DNA of 28,182 nucleotides from a virus (taxonomy: Duplodnaviria; Caudoviricetes), in the IMG/VR virus record IMGVR_UViG_3300017707_002238, positions 1 through 28,182 of that record. One strand, written 5' to 3'. Of this stretch, positions 8,795 through 16,200 are shown one piece after another; within the stretch, counting starts at the first letter, position 1; each line of letters opens with the position of its first letter. Below the pieces are notes generated by a model that searched no databases, was not told the origin of the DNA, and saw only the letters and a program-made list of their open reading frames with translations. Made by a program: the position numbers and the translations under genes.

Positions 8795-9315
8795 CTAAAG
8801 ATGTGATTTATTTCATCCACCTTGATAGTTTTAAATTTTTCTATTCGTTGCATAAATGTGGTTTTATACTTCTCCAAGTTTCCATTCTCTTTTTTCTTTC
8901 TTAAAAAAATACATAGAAGTTGAGGCATAACCTTCATTATTTCGTTATTTGCTGATTGAAGTATTGTCTCAATTGATATGATCTCACCTGCTGTATACTT
9001 ATTGAACTCAGTGTATAAAAAATATTCCTCCCCATCCACAATTACAGATTGGTTTTTTTTCTCTTCAATTGGTTGATAGACAAACTGTAAGTTTTTAACC
9101 AATTCAGTAAAACTATCATAATCAATTTGTTCAATAATTTCTCTATTAATACCAGTCAACTGATGTAACAACTCAAAGGTATAGAAAGCACCTTGATGCA
9201 TATTTTTATCAATTGAGTATAACTTACCAAATTGATCTATTGTTACTTCAGACCAACTTGTTGGGAATTGGTATTGTTTTACCTCATCATCTAATTCAAT
9301 GTTTATTTCAATCAT
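8731..9315 (-). CDS. Tail assembly chaperone (gpG-like, 194 aa)
   Basis: PTSWSEVTIDQF N-terminal motif; slippery T9 run near the 3' end; downstream -1 frame is open. Confidence 0.8.
   Translation of the reverse strand: MIEINIELDDEVKQYQFPTSWSEVTIDQFGKLYSIDKNMHQGAFYTFELLHQLTGINREIIEQIDYDSFTELVKNLQFVYQPIEEKKNQSVIVDGEEYFLYTEFNKYTAGEIISIETILQSANNEIMKVMPQLLCIFLRKKKENGNLEKYKTTFMQRIEKFKTIKVDEINHIFSFFLTGRDLSANNTAVSSEAN
8785..8794 (-). promoter_or_regulatory. Programmed -1 ribosomal frameshift site (T TTT TTT TTA)
   Basis: Fits X XXY YYZ in the correct frame; joins 8731..9315 to 8516..8794. Confidence 0.8.
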
Positions 9316-9353
9316 TCTTCAGGATTTTTTGTTTATTCTTTTTCATTCTTAAA

Positions 9354-9380
9354 TAAATATAAGCTATTGGGGAATGTTTT
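9354..9380 (-). promoter_or_regulatory. Putative late promoter AAAAC-N15-ATATTTA (chaperone module)
   Basis: AAAAC ATTCCCCAATAGCTT ATATTTA. Confidence 0.75.
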
Positions 9381-9832
9381 TATATGATATGGTATTTGGC
9401 TTTTGCTTCAAGATAAGCCTTCTTTGCTTCTTCTTTTGTTTTGAATCCACCGAGATCTTTTAATATACCATAAACTCTAATTGCTGATCTATACATATTT
9501 TGTCTTTTATGCCAATAATAACCTTTTGGGTCACGATTAAACTGGTTTTGTGAACCTGTTACAATTCTTAAATTGGAAATTCTATTATCTAATCTATTTC
9601 TATTTATATGATCTAATTGCTCAAAATCAGTATTACCATATACCCACCACCAAGCAAAATGATGACCAGCTAAATATCCATATTCTTTTCCACAATTGAT
9701 TTGAATATATCCTGATCGTTTTCTTCTAATTAAATTATTTTTTATTCCAAAGATTTCACCTGTATCCATGTTATAGGTATATCCAATTTTTTTTAATCTT
9801 TCACATTTTTCTGTTCTTGTCATAATATTCAA
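9380..9832 (-). CDS. HNH homing endonuclease with C-terminal AP2 domain (likely start ATG 9823)
   Basis: DHINRNRLDNRISNLR HNH motif; YRSAIRVYG...LGGFKTKEEAKKAY AP2-like motif. Confidence 0.9.
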   Translation of the reverse strand: MNIMTRTEKCERLKKIGYTYNMDTGEIFGIKNNLIRRKRSGYIQINCGKEYGYLAGHHFAWWWVYGNTDFEQLDHINRNRLDNRISNLRIVTGSQNQFNRDPKGYYWHKRQNMYRSAIRVYGILKDLGGFKTKEEAKKAYLEAKAKYHII

Positions 9833-9833
9833 T

Positions 9834-11021
9834 TTAAGCGTTCATTATTCTAAATGGCATTGTAGCCCTGTTTTCTTTTCTAACTCCGAGTAACATCATG
9901 GCAGCATATCTTAAAGCATCACAGGCATGGTTATTTGAGTCCACAGGAGTTGTATCATATCCCCCATCTCTATTTTTTTTCCACATATATTTTGAGAATT
10001 CATCTAAGACATTAGTAGATCGTCTTGTTACTAACATATGTTTTTGTTGAAGAATCTGAATACCATAATTGATACTGTCTTTTCCTTTTTCAACAGGTTT
10101 TACTTTGAGTCCATATCTCTTTAACTCTTGAATGGATTTGGGTTCGGCAGAATCACAATATATTTCTGAGGTTATCTCAAGTTGTTTCATTCGACTTGCT
10201 AATTCTGAGTTAAGTAATCCTGTCTCATAAACGATCTCATCCACTACTATGTAATCGTTATATTTGTAGAGGGCAACTAAAGCTGCAGGATCCTGACTAA
10301 AACCAAAGTCTAATCCATAACCAAGTAATCTTGCTTCTTCAGGGATTTTATCTATTACATCAAAATCAGTATAGATTGTTCCTTCAATTTGACCAATCTC
10401 ACCATCAAGATATACTCTACACCAATTCTCCCAATATGTATTTGTTTTAGCTTTCTCTCTATTTGATTCCAACATCGCAACAATCTCAATTGGAAGTCCC
10501 TCATTATCTTTATAATTTAAAATAATAAAATCAGTATCATCTTGACCTATGACCTCAGTATGGCACCAAAACTTAGATGATGGGTTATAATCCAAATAGA
10601 TATCCGCTGATGTACGGATTGCTAATTGTAGATAGGATTCGTATTGAATTGAATTACACTCATTTATATAAAGGATTTGTCTTCTACCCCCTCTTAATTT
10701 TTCTTCGCTATCTGCTGAGAAGAACTCAATGTATGATCCATTTGTAAATTCGTATCGTAGAAGAGTTTTATTGTAGTTTGAAGGAATGAATCTACCTGTG
10801 TCTTTCATGATTTTTAAAAAGTCCTTAACGCAACCCCTACGCAAATGTGGTATTGATTCTGAAACGACGGATACTTCTAAACCAGGTGTTTTTATACAAC
10901 GATCAATAAGTAAGATTAGAATTGCTATTGTCTTACCTGCTGATGATCCTCCCTGTATGACCTTAATTCGTTTCTTCAGAGCTCTTATCTTCTTCAGAGC
11001 TGTTGTTTGCTTGTAATTCAT
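9834..11021 (-). CDS. terL: Terminase large subunit (PBSX/Terminase_3-like)
   Basis: Walker A GGSSAGKT, Walker B ILYINE, DYNP coupling motif, nuclease motifs GLDFGF and NHACDALRY. Confidence 0.95.
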   Translation of the reverse strand: MNYKQTTALKKIRALKKRIKVIQGGSSAGKTIAILILLIDRCIKTPGLEVSVVSESIPHLRRGCVKDFLKIMKDTGRFIPSNYNKTLLRYEFTNGSYIEFFSADSEEKLRGGRRQILYINECNSIQYESYLQLAIRTSADIYLDYNPSSKFWCHTEVIGQDDTDFIILNYKDNEGLPIEIVAMLESNREKAKTNTYWENWCRVYLDGEIGQIEGTIYTDFDVIDKIPEEARLLGYGLDFGFSQDPAALVALYKYNDYIVVDEIVYETGLLNSELASRMKQLEITSEIYCDSAEPKSIQELKRYGLKVKPVEKGKDSINYGIQILQQKHMLVTRRSTNVLDEFSKYMWKKNRDGGYDTTPVDSNNHACDALRYAAMMLLGVRKENRATMPFRIMNA

Positions 11022-11382
11022 TTTTTATTATCTCGTATACTTTTCTTGTCTCTTGTTCTGCCCAACTAATGATCTCTTCTTCTCTGTGTAGATTATAGGT
11101 ATGTAGATACAACGAATGATGCATTAATTCATGGTTGATCAAAAGAATTGTTGATAAGTTATCAGTACATTTCAATAAGTTAATGAAAACGAATTGTTTA
11201 TCCTTTGAACCTGGTATCATGTTACATAAACCTGCAAGATAACTATCCTCAGGTGTATTCTCTCTAAATATACAATCATGATAATCTAAACCACATAGTT
11301 TAGCTTCTTCGTAGTATTCAAATATACTACATGGGTCATCACTTAATAATAAATGGTAGGTGTCAAATTCAAATTTCGTCAT
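10963..11382 (-). CDS. Hypothetical protein with HExxH (zincin-like) motif
   Basis: LINHELMHH followed by downstream EEE; lies between terS and terL and overlaps both. Confidence 0.6.
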   Translation of the reverse strand: MTKFEFDTYHLLLSDDPCSIFEYYEEAKLCGLDYHDCIFRENTPEDSYLAGLCNMIPGSKDKQFVFINLLKCTDNLSTILLINHELMHHSLYLHTYNLHREEEIISWAEQETRKVYEIIKNELQANNSSEEDKSSEETN

Positions 11383-11743
11383 CTGGTAAAAGGGGTTGTT
11401 CTGAGATTGTTATATCTTGTTTTATTGGGGCATCAAATCCACTCATCTTTGAAATCAGTTCAATTGCTTTCATTGATAACTGATCTCTTGATCCTAAGTT
11501 TCTCATTTTAATATCTTGTAGATCATTTAGAAGTCCTTCCTTAGTTATTTGTAGTCGTTCTGCTGTCTTTTGTCCTTGTTCTTGGAGGTAATCTTTGACT
11601 TTAGCATTTTTAAGCAATCTATCCCCACTTGGACCTGCTACTGAATCACTTACTTTATAAACCGTAGCATAGGCTCTAAGAGCATTCATACCATTGGATA
11701 AATACTCATCACAGAATGCTTTGTGTTTGATTGATAGGCTCAT
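11369..11743 (-). CDS. terS: Terminase small subunit
   Basis: KHKAFCDEYL..NALRAY...RLLKNAKVKDYL Terminase_2-type HTH; upstream of terL. Confidence 0.9.
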   Translation of the reverse strand: MSLSIKHKAFCDEYLSNGMNALRAYATVYKVSDSVAGPSGDRLLKNAKVKDYLQEQGQKTAERLQITKEGLLNDLQDIKMRNLGSRDQLSMKAIELISKMSGFDAPIKQDITISEQPLLPDDEI

Positions 11744-11756
11744 ATTAATTTTTATT

Positions 11757-11834
11757 TTACCAGTATTTTATTATAAAATGGATTACAACATACCAAAAGG
11801 TTATTCCCAATATGGGATAGATCAAACATTTCAT
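11757..11834 (-). CDS. Unannotated 25-aa membrane peptide (MKCLIYPILGITFWYVVIHFIIKYW)
   Basis: ATGA overlap with the upstream stop; single hydrophobic helix; ends just before terS. Confidence 0.65.
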   Translation of the reverse strand: MKCLIYPILGITFWYVVIHFIIKYW

Positions 11835-12010
11835 TTTATTATCTCAATTTTTATTTCTTTTAGTTCTGAAGATATTACTAACGCTATTATGTATTCTCTA
11901 CCAAATTTTTTATTTAAATCGTTTAGAATGACTTTATGTTCTTCTCCTGTTATATCTGTTGGTAATGATACTTTAACTATTTGTCTTGGTTTAAATAATC
12001 TCCAAATCAT
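11831..12010 (-). CDS. Unannotated 59-aa hypothetical protein (MIWRLFKPRQIVKVSLP...KEIKIEIIK)
   Basis: Translated by hand; ATG 1 nt after the stop of 12012..12347; co-oriented with the operon. Confidence 0.7.
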   Translation of the reverse strand: MIWRLFKPRQIVKVSLPTDITGEEHKVILNDLNKKFGREYIIALVISSELKEIKIEIIK

Positions 12011-12011
12011 T

Positions 12012-12347
12012 TTATCCTTTGTTTTGTTTTTTTCTACGATTACACTTTGAACACCCTTGTTTGTCTGCTTCTACAACATCTACATTCGTATCTAAAATGG
12101 GCATGTCAAAAAGAGGCTTTTCAGTCTCTACCATAGGTTTGATATCTTCAATGATTTGTTGTTGAGATAACCAATTCTTAATCATCACTTGAGCATGTTG
12201 TATTGCTGCTCTACAATGTGTACATATCGTAAATGTTGGATTGAAAGTCATTCTAATTGCTGCTTCCATTTCTCTTGCATCATCTGGTGTGAATCTTCTT
12301 AATTCCACAAAATAATTCATTTTTTCGTAAAATGCCTTTGTTATCAT
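12012..12347 (-). CDS. Hypothetical protein with two CxxC motifs
   Basis: CTHC and CSKC; heads the terminase gene cluster. Confidence 0.7.
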   Translation of the reverse strand: MITKAFYEKMNYFVELRRFTPDDAREMEAAIRMTFNPTFTICTHCRAAIQHAQVMIKNWLSQQQIIEDIKPMVETEKPLFDMPILDTNVDVVEADKQGCSKCNRRKKQNKG

Positions 12348-12403
12348 ATATTCTTAGATTTTATAATAAATATACAATACATTGAATTTGTTGTGAAGAT
12401 AGG

Positions 12404-12445
12404 AAAAAGGGGGATATAATATGGAAGATATTGTTTGAATCCCCC
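12404..12445 (-). terminator. Terminator-like stem with 23-nt loop and U-tract
   Basis: Minus strand GGGGGAT-N23-ATCCCCC-TTTTT just after 12466..12678. Confidence 0.55.
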
Positions 12446-12465
12446 CATTTTCTCGTCATTAAAAA

Positions 12466-12678
12466 TTATTGTGTTTTTTTACCAAATACCAATTGATCAA
12501 TTTTTTCAAAACGATCTTTGATTTCTTTTGAATAACCATTCTCAACAAAATCATTAAGAACTGTTACGATTTGAATTGTCTCAACCAATGTAAGACATTT
12601 GTTGCAAGAGTTTGAATACTCTTGAATAAATTTTAAATTACTCTGTGTACTGATTTGTTTTCCTTGTGACTGTGCCAT
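12466..12678 (-). CDS. Hypothetical protein (70 aa)
   Basis: ORF with ATAAT-ATG start, co-oriented and tightly packed. Confidence 0.7.
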   Translation of the reverse strand: MAQSQGKQISTQSNLKFIQEYSNSCNKCLTLVETIQIVTVLNDFVENGYSKEIKDRFEKIDQLVFGKKTQ

Positions 12679-12683
12679 ATTAT

Positions 12684-12917
12684 TTATTTAACTGTTTGTA
12701 AATCCTCCCATTCTTGTATTCTACGATATTCTTTTTCTATCATGGCAGTTTCATATTCTTCTAAATCACTGAAATGTTTTTCTGCCATTTTGTCATAAGC
12801 TTTCTCTTCAGCTTCTTTTTGATCTACGAATTCTTTCCACATTCTAAGTTCGTATTCGGCTTTTAATCTCATGTGGAAGATTGCGTCTTCCATAAAGTTA
12901 TCGGTTAAATTACACAT
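12684..12917 (-). CDS. Hypothetical acidic helical protein (77 aa)
   Basis: ORF downstream of a TATATTTG element. Confidence 0.7.
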   Translation of the reverse strand: MCNLTDNFMEDAIFHMRLKAEYELRMWKEFVDQKEAEEKAYDKMAEKHFSDLEEYETAMIEKEYRRIQEWEDLQTVK

Positions 12918-12942
12918 ATTTCTGTTGTTAATTGTTATACAA

Positions 12943-12950
12943 CAAATATA
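12943..12950 (-). promoter_or_regulatory. Bacteroidota housekeeping -7 element (TAnnTTTG)
   Basis: TATATTTG 25 nt upstream of ATG 12917; only a partial TTG -33 match near 12972-12974. Confidence 0.55.
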
Positions 12951-12956
12951 GGTATT

Positions 12957-13484
12957 TTATTTTGAATTTTCCAATAGGTCCTTAAGAATTTTTTTAATTT
13001 TTGTTACTTCGTGAAATACTAAACAGTGGGAGAAGACATTCTCATTTTCATTAGCTATTTGTCTGTATGTTTTTCCTTTGGAGAAATATTCTTGAAATAC
13101 AAACTCTTGAAAATATGTTTTTGGTATTTTTGTATAGATTTTATCTATTCGTAGATATCTTTCTTCATTCTCCATTTTTTGTTCTATATCTGAATCATCA
13201 ATTAAATCAATATTATCATAGTATATATTGTCTCTAATGACTGTATTTTTATAAAATGGACTGGTACTACTATGAACATTATTTTTAACTGCTCTGATGA
13301 AGTAATAGAGGAAATATCCTTTTTTAATAACCTCATTTACTTTTATCTCATTTTCTAAAAATGAAATTGCTAATTCACTTATTAATGCTGGTTTTAAGTG
13401 AAAGTTTGGACGGATAATATTATCAATAATTTCGTCGTAAATTGTATTAGGCTTCGTTATTTCTTTCAGGAGATCCCTTATCAT
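12957..13484 (-). CDS. Sigma-70/ECF-like transcription factor (175 aa)
   Basis: Region 2-like segment (ALISELAISFLE...YYFIRAVKN) and region 4-like HTH (FQEYFSKGKTYRQIANE...VTKIKKILK). Confidence 0.65.
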   Translation of the reverse strand: MIRDLLKEITKPNTIYDEIIDNIIRPNFHLKPALISELAISFLENEIKVNEVIKKGYFLYYFIRAVKNNVHSSTSPFYKNTVIRDNIYYDNIDLIDDSDIEQKMENEERYLRIDKIYTKIPKTYFQEFVFQEYFSKGKTYRQIANENENVFSHCLVFHEVTKIKKILKDLLENSK

Positions 13485-13704
13485 TCACAATTGTTTTTAG
13501 TGGTATATAGATCCTTCTAATTGCTCTTCCTAAGTCGTAATCATTTGGGTTTGATTCTATAATTTGAAGTAGAAAATAATAAATTTCATCTTCTTGGTCA
13601 GCAATTAATGTGTCGATCATTGCTCTTACTTCTTCCCCAACTCTTTGTGGTTCATTCCAAGTTTCTAATGATTGAACAATTTGGTTAATCAGTTCTGTTT
13701 CCAT
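13447..13704 (-). CDS. Hypothetical protein (85 aa)
   Basis: ORF with NPNDYDLGRAIR motif; preceded by a near-match AAAAC-N16-ATATTTA (13710-13737). Confidence 0.65.
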   Translation of the reverse strand: METELINQIVQSLETWNEPQRVGEEVRAMIDTLIADQEDEIYYFLLQIIESNPNDYDLGRAIRRIYIPLKTIVNDKGSPERNNEA

Positions 13705-13950
13705 AAATATAAATATAGAGTAGTAATGAAAAGTTTTGTAGATAGAGAAAATTTATATAATAATTTTGTTTATAAATTTTTTCTATATGTATTGAACTTT
13801 TGAAATTATTATGATACTTATTAAATGAATGTGAGTGGGCTTTATGCATGTAAAGGAGGGATATAACCTTACAAATCCTGTTAAATGCTTTTCCCTGTTC
13901 TTCTACGACTTGTAACAAATTAGCAGCCTCAAATAACGATTAAGGTTAGG

Positions 13951-13996
13951 TTAAGTCATTCTTCTATTAGGGGGTAGGGGGATGACTTGATTTTTT
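13951..13996 (+). terminator. 16-bp G:U-containing hairpin followed by T6
   Basis: TTAAGTCATTCTTCTA / TAGGGGGATGACTTGA with 8-nt loop, then TTTTTT; pairs fully only as plus-strand RNA. Confidence 0.6.
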
Positions 13997-14041
13997 CTGA
14001 CCTAAATAACAGATTTTAAATAATTATATTATACTTATCTA

Positions 14042-14746
14042 ATGGAAATATACAATGAATTATATAAACAATTAAAACATTTAGTTAATACAATATCTGT
14101 CTGTAATTTCATAAGCTTTGATGATAAAAAAGATATTGTTCAAGATACTATTCTTATTTTGAATTCAAAGATAGAAGATGGGTCTTTATCAACTGATTTT
14201 GAACAAATAAAAGGGTATAGTTTTATAGTATTAAGGAATTACTGTACATCATTTCAAAGAAAAGAAACTCGTCGTGAAACACCAGTAGCTGAGTTTTGGG
14301 AAATAAAAGATGACCAAGAATCTGAATTAGAAAAAATAGAATATAAGGAATATTTACATGGTATAGCTAAAAGCTATATTCAACAACCGAAATATTCTAT
14401 GGTAGAAAGACAAATATTAGATTGTCTATTACAAAATAAATCTAATAAAGAAATTGTTGATGAGCTTTCAATTACACCTGATGAATTAAAAAAATATAAG
14501 TTTAGAATTAAGGTTAAAATGAAATATGATTTTTTAAGACCAGTGAAATATTATATTAAGAGTGTAAAAAATAAAAATTTTTTATTACCTTGTTTTAGTG
14601 GTGCTGATGTTAAGAAATTTTTTAACACAATTCCAGCAAGAAGTGTTACAAATTTTATACATTCAGGTTTTGTAACCAAAAAAGGATATTATGTCGAAAA
14701 ACTATTTAAAGATAATCGAGGTAGAAAAAAGAAACAAAATGGATAA
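14042..14746 (+). CDS. ECF-type sigma factor with C-terminal extension (234 aa)
   Basis: Region 2 (KDIVQDTILIL...GYSFIVLRNYCTSFQRK) and region 4 (ERQILDCLLQNKSNKEIVDELSIT...KFRIKVKM); extra ~65-aa basic C-terminal domain. Confidence 0.8.
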   Translation: MEIYNELYKQLKHLVNTISVCNFISFDDKKDIVQDTILILNSKIEDGSLSTDFEQIKGYSFIVLRNYCTSFQRKETRRETPVAEFWEIKDDQESELEKIEYKEYLHGIAKSYIQQPKYSMVERQILDCLLQNKSNKEIVDELSITPDELKKYKFRIKVKMKYDFLRPVKYYIKSVKNKNFLLPCFSGADVKKFFNTIPARSVTNFIHSGFVTKKGYYVEKLFKDNRGRKKKQNG

Positions 14747-14813
14747 ATTAGAATTATTATGGGCAATATTAACTTGTACTGATGATGAATCTTTACAAGA
14801 TGAAAATGAATAA
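14739..14813 (+). CDS. Possible 24-aa acidic peptide (MDKLELLWAILTCTDDESLQDENE)
   Basis: ATG overlaps the end of the sigma gene in an A-rich context; very short. Confidence 0.35.
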   Translation: MDKLELLWAILTCTDDESLQDENE

Positions 14814-14839
14814 ATATATTTATATTACTGAATTTAACT

Positions 14840-14897
14840 AACCCTCCTGATTTTCTGTTCTGTTATGTCGTATCATTTATTTTGACGGAGGGTTTTT
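14840..14897 (+). ncRNA. Candidate small RNA or large-loop terminator
   Basis: AACCCTCC-N39-GGAGGGTT-TTT, preceded by ATATTTA at 14816-14822. Confidence 0.4.
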
Positions 14898-14902
14898 CTA
14901 AT

Positions 14903-14940
14903 AAAAAAAAAGGGACTTGTGGTTAGTCCCTTTTTCTTTT
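14903..14940. terminator. Bidirectional intrinsic terminator
   Basis: A9-GGGACT-N7-AGTCCC-T5 between convergent transcription units. Confidence 0.9.
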
Positions 14941-14946
14941 TACAAT

Positions 14947-15570
14947 TTAATTTCTTGGTGGTGGAGTATTTGTTCCATTTGCATATGGAACCATGCCATT
15001 CACTTGTACATTTTTTGGTTGATCAGTTACTGGCGCTTGAACCAATTGTCTTGATTCTGTATCATATTTGTATTTAACCCAAATATGTTTACAGTTTGCT
15101 CCTCCCCTCCATTCAAATACTGAATAAGTATCAGATCCACCTTTTCCTAAACCAGGGTTTTGTGAATTTAATCTAACTATATCTTCATATCTCATCAAAG
15201 AATTATTTGTTCTTGATACAACCATTTTACAAAATCTTCTCGTATTTGGTCCAATGTATGAAGGTCCATATTCTCTTGAAATATAACGATATAGATTTAT
15301 CACTCTAAATTGCTCCTGAGAAGCGAACTGAGTCGTTTCTGATGGAATACCTTTATCTTCATCGTTAATATCCCATATGTAATCTAATGAGTTTAAATCA
15401 GCTATATCAATTCCCAAGTTTGATATTGATATTCCAAGATTATTCAATGATTCAAACCAATCACAAAATACATCTTCATTTACCATTTCTTCAAAATACT
15501 GAATTTTATAATCATCACTCAATTTTGGATGGTATAATAATTCTTCAAAAGTATAATTAATATCACACAT
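14947..15570 (-). CDS. Head morphogenesis / minor capsid-like protein
   Basis: TRRFC...YSVFEWRGGANCKHIW Cys/His motif of MuF/minor-head-type domains; ends the portal module. Confidence 0.55.
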   Translation of the reverse strand: MCDINYTFEELLYHPKLSDDYKIQYFEEMVNEDVFCDWFESLNNLGISISNLGIDIADLNSLDYIWDINDEDKGIPSETTQFASQEQFRVINLYRYISREYGPSYIGPNTRRFCKMVVSRTNNSLMRYEDIVRLNSQNPGLGKGGSDTYSVFEWRGGANCKHIWVKYKYDTESRQLVQAPVTDQPKNVQVNGMVPYANGTNTPPPRN

Positions 15571-15572
15571 AA

Positions 15573-16199
15573 TTAATAAGGATTTGTTCCGTTAAAACCT
15601 CCAATGTAACCCCCACATCCAACACATGGGGATATTGTTCCATAAGGTTCAAGATAATTTGGTGCCAGTCCTCTATTGTATCCATAAGGGATATATAATC
15701 CACCAAAATAAGATTGAATAGATTTTGGCATGTTATCTTTAGAGTTTGGATTATTGTACTGAGGGAACATACTTGGATGATCCAACAAATACTTAATCAT
15801 TCTTCTCTTATAGAATTCAGCAATATCCAATACATTACTTCTTAAAAATTTCAATTCACTAAGATCTACAGGAGCTGAGTATTCACTTGATTCTTTTGAT
15901 ACAGATTTATTGGTAGCTTTAAATGCGATGAATGGCATGGCCAAATAAAACGCATATTGAGCAATTTGTGGTTGAACGAAATTTCTCATGAAATTTGCTT
16001 CATCCGTATTTAAATTGTTAAACTTAACACCATCCTTCAAACGATCATAGAAAGTCTCTCCAATCCCTTCTTGGAGGTATGTATCTTGAGCCTGAATAAT
16101 GTACGGTGTAAGTTTTGTATCATCAACATTGTCTTCAATTGGCGTTTGAGCTCTTAAGTACTCTGTTGATATAAAATAGACTACTGGTGTATATGACAT
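15573..16199 (-). CDS. Head-tail adaptor (connector) protein
   Basis: Directly after the portal; NVDDTKLTPYIIQAQD...G pattern typical of adaptors in Bacteroidota phages. Confidence 0.7.
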   Translation of the reverse strand: MSYTPVVYFISTEYLRAQTPIEDNVDDTKLTPYIIQAQDTYLQEGIGETFYDRLKDGVKFNNLNTDEANFMRNFVQPQIAQYAFYLAMPFIAFKATNKSVSKESSEYSAPVDLSELKFLRSNVLDIAEFYKRRMIKYLLDHPSMFPQYNNPNSKDNMPKSIQSYFGGLYIPYGYNRGLAPNYLEPYGTISPCVGCGGYIGGFNGTNPY

Positions 16200-16200
16200 T

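Noticed and set aside
11694-12050. Plus-strand 118-aa ORF
   Set aside because: The region is better explained by two tightly coupled minus-strand ORFs (11831..12010, 11757..11834) and the terS start.
13685-13918. Minus-strand 77-aa ORF
   Set aside because: Non-ATG start, low-complexity AT-rich translation, overlaps the putative promoter of 13447..13704; more likely regulatory DNA.
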